A DNA stretch of 64,000 nt, from positions 30,925 through 94,924 of the forward strand of contig JBFXAQ010000014.1 of the NCBI GenBank assembly GCA_050184115.1, given 5' to 3'. The DNA comes from Gammaproteobacteria bacterium (GTDB lineage Bacteria > Pseudomonadota > Gammaproteobacteria > Ga0077536). Position 1 is the first letter of the stretch. Every line of letters starts with the position of its first letter. Position numbers and translations under genes: made by a program. This document shows, one piece after another, positions 1 through 8,381 of the stretch. The notes beneath the pieces were generated by a model. The model was not told the DNA's origin, ran no database searches, and saw nothing but the letters and a program-made list of their open reading frames with translations.

Positions 1-1
1 T

Positions 2-667
2 AGGGTGCAAGAGTCGGCCGCGGAGCGCGAACGCGTGGCATTCATGTCGGTCGTACTGGCCGACACCGAGGACACCTGGGCGGCGCTGTTCCAGGCCACC
101 GGCCAGCGTTACGCCGAGCCGCAGCTGGTGCTGTTCCGCGATGCCACGCCCTCCGCCTGCGGGCTCGGCCAGAGCGCGATGGGACCGTTCTACTGCCCGG
201 CCGATCGCAAGGTCTATCTCGACCTCGCGTTCTTCGACGAACTCGCGCGCCGTTTCGGTGCCCCCGGCGATTTCGCGCAGGCCTACGTGCTCGCCCACGA
301 GGTCGGACATCACGTGCAGACCCTGCTCGGCATCAGCGCGCGCAATCACGCCGCCCGCGAACGCGCGAGCGCGGCCGAGGCCAACCGTCTCAGCGTGCGC
401 CAGGAACTGCAGGCCGACTGCTACGCCGGGGTATGGGCTCATCATGCCCAGCGCGCGCGTGACATCCTCGAACGCGGCGATGTCGAGGAAGCGCTCGGCG
501 CCGCCACGGCCATCGGCGACGATCGCCTGCAGCGTCAGGCGCAGGGGCGTGTGACGCCGGATTCCTTCACCCACGGTACGTCCGAGCAGCGCGTGCGCTG
601 GTTCCGTACGGGGCTCGAACACGGCTCGCTCGAACGTTGCGACACCTTCGCCGCGGCGCAGCTCTGA
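2..667 (+). CDS. Putative neutral zinc metallopeptidase (YpfJ/Zn_peptidase_2 family); 5' end lies outside the window
   Basis: ORF 5..667 translation contains HEVGHH (HExxH) and a conserved C-terminal YpfJ-like region. The ~220 aa lacks the usual N-terminal TM part, so it is probably truncated by the window edge. Confidence 0.6.
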   Translation, partial: RVQESAAERERVAFMSVVLADTEDTWAALFQATGQRYAEPQLVLFRDATPSACGLGQSAMGPFYCPADRKVYLDLAFFDELARRFGAPGDFAQAYVLAHEVGHHVQTLLGISARNHAARERASAAEANRLSVRQELQADCYAGVWAHHAQRARDILERGDVEEALGAATAIGDDRLQRQAQGRVTPDSFTHGTSEQRVRWFRTGLEHGSLERCDTFAAAQL

Positions 668-677
668 ATCCATCACG

Positions 678-1249
678 GTGGGGCCGATCGAAGACCTCCC
701 GGCCGAGGGCATCGACACGCCGCACGGCCGTCTCTGCAAGCCCCTCGGCGACGGCTGGCAGAGCGGGGTGCTGCTGCTGGAATTCGCTGGCGGGCCGCTG
801 TGCGGCAACCTCGTCGGGCGCATTCCCGGTGACCTCAGCGAGCGCGCGCACCTTCCTCTACGTACCGCTCGTGCTGGTGTTCTTCGCCGGCTACACGCTG
901 TGGGTCGCGCGCCTCAATGCCATTGCCTTCGACGGCCTCGGCCGTGCCGGGCTGAAGACGCTGTTCCTGCTCATCGTGCGGCGCCTTCGGGCCGACACGC
1001 GTCGAAGAGGTCTTGCCGAGCGAGGGCAAGCTGCTCGAACTGGCTGTGCGGGCCCAGCGCGCCGGTGTCGCGTTCCGCCCGGCGAGTTATCCCCTCGCGG
1101 TCCTGGCCGGTTTCGCAGCGCTCGTCATCGAAACGCGGGTGAGCGCGGGGGGCATGTTCCTGCTCGTCGCTGGCAGTTGCGTGGCCTGGGGCGCGACCCT
1201 CGGCTGGCTCGGACGCCGCGGCTGGCTGCCGTTCACGGAAGAAGGCTGA
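678..1249 (+). pseudogene. Possible frameshifted small membrane-protein gene (protein-like translation jumps frame 0 -> +1 -> +2)
   Basis: Three successive overlapping ORFs (678.., 637.., 1013..1249) each give hydrophobic TM-like stretches (YVPLVLVFFAGYTLWVA, LAVLAGFAALVIE, MFLLVAGSCVAWGATLGWLG) only over adjacent sub-regions. No single long frame is present. Confidence 0.2.
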
Positions 1250-1373
1250 TGACGACGCCCGGGCGCGCTGGCCGCGGGTCCGCCAACGGGCTAAGGTCAC
1301 GAGCGGGGTGCGCCTGCGTGACTGCGCGGCGCGGGTCTGCGGCGAGCGCGCCGGATCGCGCGCACTCCAGTCA

Positions 1374-1772
1374 ATGGTCAACGTGCGAGGGGAGACAGAC
1401 GTGAACTGGTATATCGAAGTCCTGAAGAAGTACGCGGTGTTCAGTGGTCGGGCCAGGCGCAAGGAATACTGGTTCTTCGTCCTGTTCAACATCATCGTGA
1501 GCGTGGTGCTGTCGGTCATCGACGGCGTGACGGGAACGCTCGATACCGAAGGTGGCGTCGGTCTCCTCAGCGGCCTCTACACGCTCGCGGTCATCGTGCC
1601 CAGCATCGCTGTCGGCATCCGTCGCCTGCATGACATCGGCCGCTCCGGCTGGTGGTTGTTGATCGTCCTGGTGCCCTTGATTGGCGCCCTGGTCCTGCTC
1701 TTCTTCGCCGTGCAGGACAGCCAGCCCGGCAGCAACGAGTATGGGCCGAATCCCAAGGAGGTCGCGGACTGA
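1374..1772 (+). CDS. DUF805 family inner-membrane protein (YhaH-like)
   Basis: WYIEVLKKYAVFSGRARRKEYWFF...GIRRLHDIGRSGWW motifs are typical of DUF805. Alternative start is GTG at 1401, preceded by GAGGGGAG RBS. Confidence 0.75.
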   Translation: MVNVRGETDVNWYIEVLKKYAVFSGRARRKEYWFFVLFNIIVSVVLSVIDGVTGTLDTEGGVGLLSGLYTLAVIVPSIAVGIRRLHDIGRSGWWLLIVLVPLIGALVLLFFAVQDSQPGSNEYGPNPKEVAD

Positions 1773-1794
1773 CGGCCGTGCCGCTGCGGCGCGA

Positions 1795-2919
1795 CTAGGG
1801 ACGCGTCGCGCCCAGAGACCGTTCGGCCGGGGTGGCGAGATCGCGATCCCAGGCCGTGAGCCGGGGCGCGATGTGACGGAACCACAGTGGCGGCACGAGC
1901 ACCAGCGGCAAGGTGGCGAGATAACCGAGTGGCAACCTCGGCGCACTGTCGCTGGCGTGGAGTTCGGGGTAGTGCACACCAGCCCGGCTGTGATGGTCCG
2001 CGTGCCAGGGCAGGTTGAACAGCGCGGCATGGCTGAAGGCGCTGATCGAGTCCCAGGCGTGGCGGGGTTCGATCGGGGTACCCGCTACGCGGACCAGGCC
2101 GTAGTGCTCCATGTAATTGAGTGCTTCGAGCAGCAGCTTGTTCCAGGCCGAGGCGAGCAGGAACCAGCCGAGCGCACCGATGCCGCCAGCCCACAGGAAG
2201 CCGCCGGCCACCGCCAGGGCGCGCAGGAAGCCGCGCAGCACGCGGTTGTCGACGACGCGCGCGACGGGTTTGCGGCTGGCGAGGCGGGCACGCTCGATGC
2301 GCCAGGCCTGGGCAACCTGGCCGAGGCTCGAACGCAGGTAGAAGCGGTAGACGTTCTCACCACGCCGCGCGGTGGCCGGGTCGGCCGGCGTGCCGACCTC
2401 GCGGTGATGGCCCTGCACGTGCGCCACCTCCAGACTGCTGTTGAAGGCCAGCGCCAGCAGCCAGCGGCCGACCGCGAGGGCCAGCGGATCACGCGTGCGG
2501 TGGACCAGTTCGTGGGCCGTCAGGATGCCGGCCATGGCGATGGCGAGCGCGAACGACCAGGTGCCGCCGAGCCGATCGAGGGCATTGCTGGCATCGCGCG
2601 CCCCCAGGCAATCGTAGCCGCTCGCAACTTGGCAGGTGGCGCCGAAGCCGAGCAGGTCGGCATCGGCCAGCGACCAGGCGTAGACCAGGGTCAGCAGGGT
2701 GACCGTCGGCAGGAGGCTGTAGAGCGCGAGGTCGAGCAACGCACGATGGGCGTAACGCGGCGGCCGCGGCGCAACCGCGCTACTGAGGACGTCGCCGCCG
2801 ATCCAGACCACGACGCCTGCAACCAGCCCGCTCCATGCCCAGGAACCGCCCATGAGCAGGCCGAGCATGGTCGCCGCGACCAGCAGATGGGTGCCGAAGT
2901 AGCGCAGGTAGGCGCGCAT
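1795..2919 (-). CDS. alkB: Alkane 1-monooxygenase / AlkB-type membrane fatty-acid-desaturase-family hydroxylase
   Basis: All four His boxes are present: HELVHR, EVAHVQGHH, NYMEHYGL, LPWHADHH. Multiple TM segments. Start trimmed to MRAYLRY (ATG revcomp at 2917-2919) from the long ORF 1795..3624. Confidence 0.8.
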   Translation of the reverse strand: MRAYLRYFGTHLLVAATMLGLLMGGSWAWSGLVAGVVVWIGGDVLSSAVAPRPPRYAHRALLDLALYSLLPTVTLLTLVYAWSLADADLLGFGATCQVASGYDCLGARDASNALDRLGGTWSFALAIAMAGILTAHELVHRTRDPLALAVGRWLLALAFNSSLEVAHVQGHHREVGTPADPATARRGENVYRFYLRSSLGQVAQAWRIERARLASRKPVARVVDNRVLRGFLRALAVAGGFLWAGGIGALGWFLLASAWNKLLLEALNYMEHYGLVRVAGTPIEPRHAWDSISAFSHAALFNLPWHADHHSRAGVHYPELHASDSAPRLPLGYLATLPLVLVPPLWFRHIAPRLTAWDRDLATPAERSLGATRP

Positions 2920-2930
2920 CGTCGCGCCGT

Positions 2931-3269
2931 TCAGGACGCGGTCCCGCCGGCGGCGGGCAGGTTGAGCAGGACCACGCCGGCGACGACGCAGGCGATACCG
3001 GCGATCTTGTAGCGGTGGACGCGTTCGCCGAGCAGGGCGATGCCGAGCAGGGCGGCTCCCGCCGTGCCGCCGCCGGCCCAGACCGGGTAGACGCTGCTGA
3101 CCGGCAGCACGAGCAGCGCGCGACTGATCAGCCAGAAGGCGAGCGCAAAGGTCACGAGCGCACCGATGGCCGGCAGCGGGCGGGTGAAACCGTCGCTCCG
3201 GCGCAGCAGCAACGCCGCCGTGACCTCGGCCGCAATGGCGCCGCCGACGAGCAGCCAGGCGCCGGTCAT
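2931..3269 (-). CDS. SMR-family small multidrug/guanidinium exporter subunit (EmrE/SugE-like), partner 2
   Basis: 112 aa with 4 TM helices and conserved SMR motifs (PVSSVYPVWAGGGTAGAALLG). Lies immediately downstream of a second SMR gene. Confidence 0.8.
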   Translation of the reverse strand: MTGAWLLVGGAIAAEVTAALLLRRSDGFTRPLPAIGALVTFALAFWLISRALLVLPVSSVYPVWAGGGTAGAALLGIALLGERVHRYKIAGIACVVAGVVLLNLPAAGGTAS

Positions 3270-3290
3270 GGCGAACGGGTTCCGCGTGTT

Positions 3291-3668
3291 TCAGCAACCA
3301 CAGGCTTTCTCGGCGACGCGATTGATGAGCACCACGCCGGCGAGTACGAGGGCGACGCCCGCGCCTTTGACCAGCGTCAGCGGTTCGCCGAGCCAGGCGA
3401 CGCCGAGCACGGCCACGCCGACCGTGCCGCCACCCGCCCACACCGGGTAGGCGATGCTCACCGGCAGCGCACGCATGACGCGGGCCACGATCACCAGCGC
3501 GGCGCCGAAGGCGGCCAGCGCGAAGAGTGTCGGCAGCGTGCGCGTGAAGCCGGCGCTGAAGCGCAGTCCCAGCGCGCCGGCGGTCTCGCCGGCGACGGCG
3601 AGACCGAGCAGGGCCCAAGCCCAAGCGGGGCCCTGGGCGGGCCGCCGGTCCAGTGTGATCGATTCCAT
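3291..3668 (-). CDS. SMR-family small multidrug/guanidinium exporter subunit (EmrE/SugE-like), partner 1
   Basis: Translation MESITLDRR...PVSIAYPVWAGGGTVGVAVLG is the SMR signature. Start ATG (revcomp CAT 3666-3668) trimmed from ORF 3291..3761. The adjacent pair suggests a heterodimeric SMR. Confidence 0.8.
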   Translation of the reverse strand: MESITLDRRPAQGPAWAWALLGLAVAGETAGALGLRFSAGFTRTLPTLFALAAFGAALVIVARVMRALPVSIAYPVWAGGGTVGVAVLGVAWLGEPLTLVKGAGVALVLAGVVLINRVAEKACGC

Positions 3669-3683
3669 GGAGCCGCGCTTACA

Positions 3684-3701
3684 TTTTCGATAATTCGAAA
3701 A
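3684..3701. promoter_or_regulatory. AT-rich perfect palindrome TTTTCGA-TAAT-TCGAAAA in the SMR leader; candidate operator
   Basis: Perfect 7-bp inverted repeat inside a ~50-bp low-GC island (acattttcgataattcgaaaatattaacag) in an otherwise ~70% GC region. Located 16 bp upstream of the SMR start. Confidence 0.45.
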
Positions 3702-3849
3702 TATTAACAGACGAAACGGGGAAATCCAGGCTGGTACGTATTTCGCCCGCGCAGCGGTCACCGGACGCCGGGCGGGCCGGCCGGGCGGCCGGTCGAGGGG
3801 GCGCCGCGCGGAATGGCAATCGCCGGGACCGGCGCGCGGGACTCGTGGG

Positions 3850-4212
3850 TCAGCGCTTGCCCTTGCGCAGCATCCGTAGATCGCCTTCCAACGCCTCGTG
3901 CAGGTCGTGGTTGTCGAGCTCGTAGTAGACCTGCTTGCCGTCGTTGGTGGTGCTCAACCAGCCACGGTCCTTGAGTTGCTTGAGCTGCTGTGAGGTGGCG
4001 GCGAAGCTGAGCCCGAGGAGGCTGGCGATGTCGCCGACGCACAGGGGGCCGACGCGGCCGAGCGCGAGCAGGATCTTGATGCGCACCGGATTGGCGATGA
4101 GCTTGTAGAGCTCCGCCATGCGCGGCAGAACCTCGGCGTCCTGCTCCAGCTTGCGCGCGGCGCGCGCTACTGCGCGTTCGTCGCGCACGACGATGTTGGG
4201 CGTGGAGGGCAT
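3850..4212 (-). CDS. ArsR/SmtB-family HTH transcriptional regulator
   Basis: C-terminal 120 aa of ORF 3850..5793: ELYKLIANPVRIKILLAL...VGDIASLLGLSFAATSQQLKQLKDRGWL, a typical ArsR wHTH. Start at MPSTPN (CAT 4210-4212). Confidence 0.75.
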   Translation of the reverse strand: MPSTPNIVVRDERAVARAARKLEQDAEVLPRMAELYKLIANPVRIKILLALGRVGPLCVGDIASLLGLSFAATSQQLKQLKDRGWLSTTNDGKQVYYELDNHDLHEALEGDLRMLRKGKR

Positions 4213-4437
4213 GCGGCCACCAGTGTTCTGCAGGTGGCATATTCTCGAACTTTTCTTCGCCCCGCGCACGGTGTGCGCGGGGCAGTGCGATGTCGTGGCC
4301 GTCGCCCTGGATGTGGCCGTGCGCAATGAGCGTGGTGATCGCCGTCGACCCCGCCGACGTATCGACATACATGCGTTTGCCGCCTGCTCCACGCGGCGGC
4401 GATAATCGCTCCGCCCCGATACCGAGCCCGTGCCGAC

Positions 4438-5394
4438 GTGACCACCGGAGACCTCCACCGCTTTTCCTTCGACGGCCTGCCGGTTCGCGGCGCGCTGGTG
4501 CGCCTGACGTCGAGCTGGCAGGAGGCCTTGCGTCGCCGCGCCACGGTGGGCGCGTTTCCACCCGCCGTGCGCCACCTGCTCGGCGAGATGTCGGCTGCCG
4601 GTGCGCTGATGCAATCGGCGATCAAGTTCGACGGCGCCCTGGTGCTGCAACTCAAGGGCGACGGCCCGTTGCGCATGGCGGTGGCGGAAGTGAGCTCGGC
4701 GCTCAGCTTCCGCGCCACCGCGCAGGTCGTCGCCACCATCGAGGGCGCGCCCGAACTCGGCGCCATGGTCAACGTCGACGGCGGCGGTCGCTGCGCCATC
4801 ACCCTCGATCCGCGCGACCGGCCGGCCGGCAAGCTGCCCTACCAGGGTATCGTGCCGCTGGAGGACGCCAGCGGCGCGTCGCTGCGCCGATTGTCCGATG
4901 CGCTCGAGTTCTACATGCTGCAGTCCGAACAGCTCGCCACCCGTTTCGTGCTTGCCGCCAACGACGAGATTGCCGCCGGGCTCATGCTGCAACACATGCC
5001 GCCGGGCGCCGACGCCGAGCGCCACGAGCGACCCGATCCGCACCGACCGCACGCCGAGTTCGAGCGCCTTGCCACGCTCGGCGCGAGTCTCACCGCCGAG
5101 GAGCTGCTCGGACTGCCGCCGGCCGACATCCTGCGCCGGCTGTTCTGGGCCGAACAGCTGCGCCAGTACGAACCGCGCGACGTCGCCTTCGCCTGCTCGT
5201 GCAGCCGCGCGCGCGTCCAGGGCATGCTGGTCGGGCTCGGGCGGGCGGAGGTCGAGGACATCATCGCCGAACGCGGCGAGGTCGAGGTCGGTTGCGACTT
5301 CTGCGGCGAGCATTACCGTTTCGATGCCGTCGATGTCGGCGGACTGTTCACGCCCGCGCGCGATCAGCCGGGTTCCACCGATACGATGCAATAG
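4438..5394 (+). CDS. hslO: Hsp33 redox-regulated chaperone
   Basis: C-terminal zinc centre CSCSR...CDFCGEHY (CxC...CxxC) and overall Hsp33-like sequence. Confidence 0.85.
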   Translation: MTTGDLHRFSFDGLPVRGALVRLTSSWQEALRRRATVGAFPPAVRHLLGEMSAAGALMQSAIKFDGALVLQLKGDGPLRMAVAEVSSALSFRATAQVVATIEGAPELGAMVNVDGGGRCAITLDPRDRPAGKLPYQGIVPLEDASGASLRRLSDALEFYMLQSEQLATRFVLAANDEIAAGLMLQHMPPGADAERHERPDPHRPHAEFERLATLGASLTAEELLGLPPADILRRLFWAEQLRQYEPRDVAFACSCSRARVQGMLVGLGRAEVEDIIAERGEVEVGCDFCGEHYRFDAVDVGGLFTPARDQPGSTDTMQ

Positions 5395-5397
5395 ACC

Positions 5398-5838
5398 ATG
5401 ACGACGATCTTCCTCGCGCTGGCCGCCGCGCGCGTGGCGTGGCGGGCCGGGCGCGGCCTCCTGCTCGCATTCGCCGCCGTCCTGCTGGCCGTACCCGCCG
5501 GCGCCGCCATCACTCCCGATTTTTCCGCTTACGTCACGGTCGCCAGCGAAGCGCTGGCGCCGGGCAAGGTCGCCGGCACGGTGCGCAACATCAGCGGCGG
5601 GCCGCTGCGCGGCGTCGTGCTGCGGGTGCGCCACGAATGGCGCTGGTCGGGGCTCGACGGCGCCAAGGGCGGCAGCCTGGTCGAGACCCGCCGGGTGACG
5701 CTCGGCGAGCTGGTGCTGCCGGGCGATTTCGCCGGCTTTGCCTCCATCCACGAACCCGGCGCGCGGGTGCCGGCGCATGCGCGCTACACCCACGATGTGA
5801 CGGTCCTCGAACTGACCACCGTCGGCCTCGCGCCGTGA
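5398..5838 (+). CDS. Hypothetical secreted protein
   Basis: ORF directly after hslO stop. N-terminal hydrophobic signal-like segment. No recognisable family. Confidence 0.4.
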   Translation: MTTIFLALAAARVAWRAGRGLLLAFAAVLLAVPAGAAITPDFSAYVTVASEALAPGKVAGTVRNISGGPLRGVVLRVRHEWRWSGLDGAKGGSLVETRRVTLGELVLPGDFAGFASIHEPGARVPAHARYTHDVTVLELTTVGLAP

Positions 5839-5851
5839 CCGTCGCGCGCGT

Positions 5852-7219
5852 ATGAAGCTGTCGCTGCGCGAACTGACCGCGTTCGGCCTGCTCAGCGTGC
5901 CCCTGTCGACTGGCGGCCTGCCGCTGGTGCTCTATCTCACGCCCTTCTATGCCCGCGAACTCGGTGTCGGTCTCGCCTCGATCGGCCTGGTGCTGACCCT
6001 GGTGCGGATCACCGACGTCGTCACCGATCCCCTCATCGGCGCCTTGTCCGACCGCACGCCGGCGCGCTTCGGTCGCCGCAGCCTGTGGATCGCGCTCGGC
6101 CTGCCGGTGATGGCGGCGGCGACCTGGGCGGTGTTCGTGCCTCCGGCGTCACCGGGGCCACTCTACCTGTTCGTCGCGGTCGCCCTGCTCTACTTCGGCT
6201 GGACCCTGATCGGCATCCCGCTGTCGGCCTGGGTAGCCGAAATCTCGGAGGACTATCACGAGCGTTCGCGCATCAGCGGCGCGCGCATCTGGGGCGGACT
6301 GCTCGGCTCGGTCCTCGCCATCGTCGCGCCGCTGGTCGTCGTTAGCCTCGCCGCGGCCGGACTGGAGAGGTTCGCCGCCGACGGTCCGGACAGTCTCGCA
6401 CCAACCCTGCGCCTGCTGGCCTGCGTGACCATCGCCCTGCTGGTGATCGCGGTGCCGTGGTTGCTCGTCACGGTGCGCCAGCCGGATTTCGCACGACCCG
6501 GCCAGGCTGACCTGCGCGGCGGTTTCAGGCTCGTGCTCGGCAACCGCGCCTTCATGCGACTGCTCGCCTCCGGCATGTGTGCCGCGATCGGTTGGAACTC
6601 CATCAACACCCTGTTCGTGTTCTTCGCCACGCAATACCTCGGCGCGGCGCAGAACGAGTGGCCGATCATCGTACTGGTCTACCTCGTTGCGCAGCTCATC
6701 GGTACGCCGGTCATCGTGCGGCTCGCGCCGCGCTTCGAGAAGCACCGCATGCTGGCGGTGCTGTCGCTGACACAGATCGCGATCTTTTCGCTCGTGCTGG
6801 TGATGCCACCTGGGCACTGGCAGCTCTACACCCTGCTCAACGTCTTTACCGGCCTGCTCGCGCCGGTGGTGCCAATCCTGGCCCCGTCGATGGCAGCCGA
6901 CGTCATCGACGAGGACATGCTGGTCTCGGGCCAGCAACGCGGCGCCTTGTTCATGGCGCTGTGGGGCATGGCCGACAAGCTCGCCGTCGGCATCGCCGCG
7001 GGTATCGCGCTGCCGCTGGTGGCGGCGCTCGGTTTCGACCCCGCCGGCACGAACGACCCGGCGGGGCTGCGCGCGCTGCACCTGTCGTTCTGCCTCGTGC
7101 CGGAACTCTTCTTCGTCGCCTCGGTGGCCTTCATCTGGAACTACCCGCTGACGCGTGCACGGCACGCCGAAGTGCGTGCGGCGCTGCTCGCGCGGCGGCT
7201 GGCGCAACCGGCGAACTGA
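5852..7219 (+). CDS. MFS transporter, glycoside-pentoside-hexuronide (GPH/MelB-like) family
   Basis: 455 aa with 12 predicted TM. N-terminal GPH-like motif LVLYLTPFYARELGVGLASIGLVLTLVRITDVVTDPLIGALSDRT. Confidence 0.75.
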   Translation: MKLSLRELTAFGLLSVPLSTGGLPLVLYLTPFYARELGVGLASIGLVLTLVRITDVVTDPLIGALSDRTPARFGRRSLWIALGLPVMAAATWAVFVPPASPGPLYLFVAVALLYFGWTLIGIPLSAWVAEISEDYHERSRISGARIWGGLLGSVLAIVAPLVVVSLAAAGLERFAADGPDSLAPTLRLLACVTIALLVIAVPWLLVTVRQPDFARPGQADLRGGFRLVLGNRAFMRLLASGMCAAIGWNSINTLFVFFATQYLGAAQNEWPIIVLVYLVAQLIGTPVIVRLAPRFEKHRMLAVLSLTQIAIFSLVLVMPPGHWQLYTLLNVFTGLLAPVVPILAPSMAADVIDEDMLVSGQQRGALFMALWGMADKLAVGIAAGIALPLVAALGFDPAGTNDPAGLRALHLSFCLVPELFFVASVAFIWNYPLTRARHAEVRAALLARRLAQPAN

Positions 7220-7314
7220 GCGACCGGCGCCGTGCGCCAGGGCACGGCGGCAAGTACACTGTCGCCCTGCGCCGCGCTGCCGTTGCGCGGCACCACGACA
7301 TATCGAACGAGACC

Positions 7315-8208
7315 ATGAGCGCAGCCACGCCCGGACCGACCTCGCACAGCTATTTTTCGCAGCGCCTGCGCCTGCACTACGTGGACTGGGGCAATCCCGA
7401 CGCACCACCACTGCTTCTGCTCCACGGCGGGCGCGATCACTGCCGTAACTGGGACTGGGTGGCCGAGGCATTGCGCGACGACTGGCACATCATCGCGCCG
7501 GACCTGCGCGGGCATGGCGACAGCGAGTGGTCGGCCGACGGCCACTACCCGATGGAGTGCTACATCTACGATCTCGCCCAGCTCATCCACCAGCAACAGC
7601 TTGCGCCTGTGACGATCGTCGCCCATTCGCTCGGCGGCAACATCGCGCTGCGCTACACCGGCTGCTATCCCGACACCGTACGCCGCCTCGTCGCCATCGA
7701 GGGTCTCGGCTTCTCGCCGGCCAAGCTCGCCGAGCGCGACGCGATCGGACTCGACGAGCGCCTGCGCGACTGGATCGACGACAAGCGCCAGCTCGCCGGC
7801 CGCCTGCCGCGGCGTTACGCCTCGATCGAGGAGGCCTACCAGCGCATGCAGGAAGAGAACAAGCATCTCTCGCCAGCCCGCGCGCGGCACCTCACCATCC
7901 ACGGCGTCAACCAGAACGAGGACGGCACGTATTCGTGGAAGTTCGACAACTACGTGCGCTCGTGGCCGGCCTATGACATGCCGCAGGCGGACGTCGAGCG
8001 CCTGTGGCGCAACATCACCTGCCCGACCCTGCTGCTCTACGGCAACGAGAGCTTCGCGTCCAATCCGGCGGAGGACGGCCGCGCGCGGCATTTCACGAAC
8101 GCGCGCATCGAGACCATCGAAAACGCCGGGCACTGGCTGCACCACGACCAGTTCGAGCGCTTCATGGAACTGGTGCAGGACTTCATCGCCGCCGGTGACG
8201 CGCGCTGA
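7315..8208 (+). CDS. Alpha/beta-fold hydrolase
   Basis: HGGRDHCRNW...AHSLGG (GxSxG nucleophile elbow) with a C-terminal His. Trimmed to MSAATPG from ORF 6577..8208. Confidence 0.8.
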   Translation: MSAATPGPTSHSYFSQRLRLHYVDWGNPDAPPLLLLHGGRDHCRNWDWVAEALRDDWHIIAPDLRGHGDSEWSADGHYPMECYIYDLAQLIHQQQLAPVTIVAHSLGGNIALRYTGCYPDTVRRLVAIEGLGFSPAKLAERDAIGLDERLRDWIDDKRQLAGRLPRRYASIEEAYQRMQEENKHLSPARARHLTIHGVNQNEDGTYSWKFDNYVRSWPAYDMPQADVERLWRNITCPTLLLYGNESFASNPAEDGRARHFTNARIETIENAGHWLHHDQFERFMELVQDFIAAGDAR

Positions 8209-8242
8209 ACGACTGCGGCGCGGGCGAGTGGGGTGGGCGAGT

Positions 8243-8275
8243 GGGGTCAGACCCCGAAGCTCAAGGGTTTGTTTC
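8243..8275 (+). terminator. Candidate intrinsic terminator after the hydrolase gene
   Basis: GGGGT-CAG-ACCCC hairpin followed by T-rich gggtttgtttcag. An inverted copy of the same hairpin (ggggtctgacccc) lies at ~8301-8313. Confidence 0.3.
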
Positions 8276-8381
8276 AGCGAGACTATCTGTTGACGACGGG
8301 GTCTGACCCCGACAGGTAAGTGGTTGATTGAGGTTTGTCGGGGCGGGAGCGCCCGGGCAGCCGGACGGACGGAGGACGAAG

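Noticed and set aside
1681-3012. Long antisense or out-of-frame ORFs throughout, such as 1681..3012(+), 4290..5855(+), 6149..7471(-), 7141..8391(-), 9646..10683(-), 35696..36622(-), 58259..58906(-)
   Set aside because: These are typical high-GC artifacts. Their translations are Arg/Ala/Pro-rich and low-complexity, and they overlap genes with clear homology on the other strand or frame.
3669-3850. Guanidine riboswitch (ykkC-I/II/III) in the leader of the SMR pair
   Set aside because: Read the minus-strand leader and found no ACGR-loop hairpin pair or guanidine-III pseudoknot consensus. Only the AT-rich palindrome is present. An Rfam scan would be needed to be sure.
3850-5793. 647-aa ORF extending the ArsR gene far upstream; similarly 46065..48134, 32056..34023, 17218..18450 and 58583..59686 extensions
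   Set aside because: There is no stop codon in GC-rich DNA. The recognisable domain begins at an internal Met with an RBS, and the upstream translation is low-complexity and overlaps real genes (hslO and others). Trimmed accordingly.
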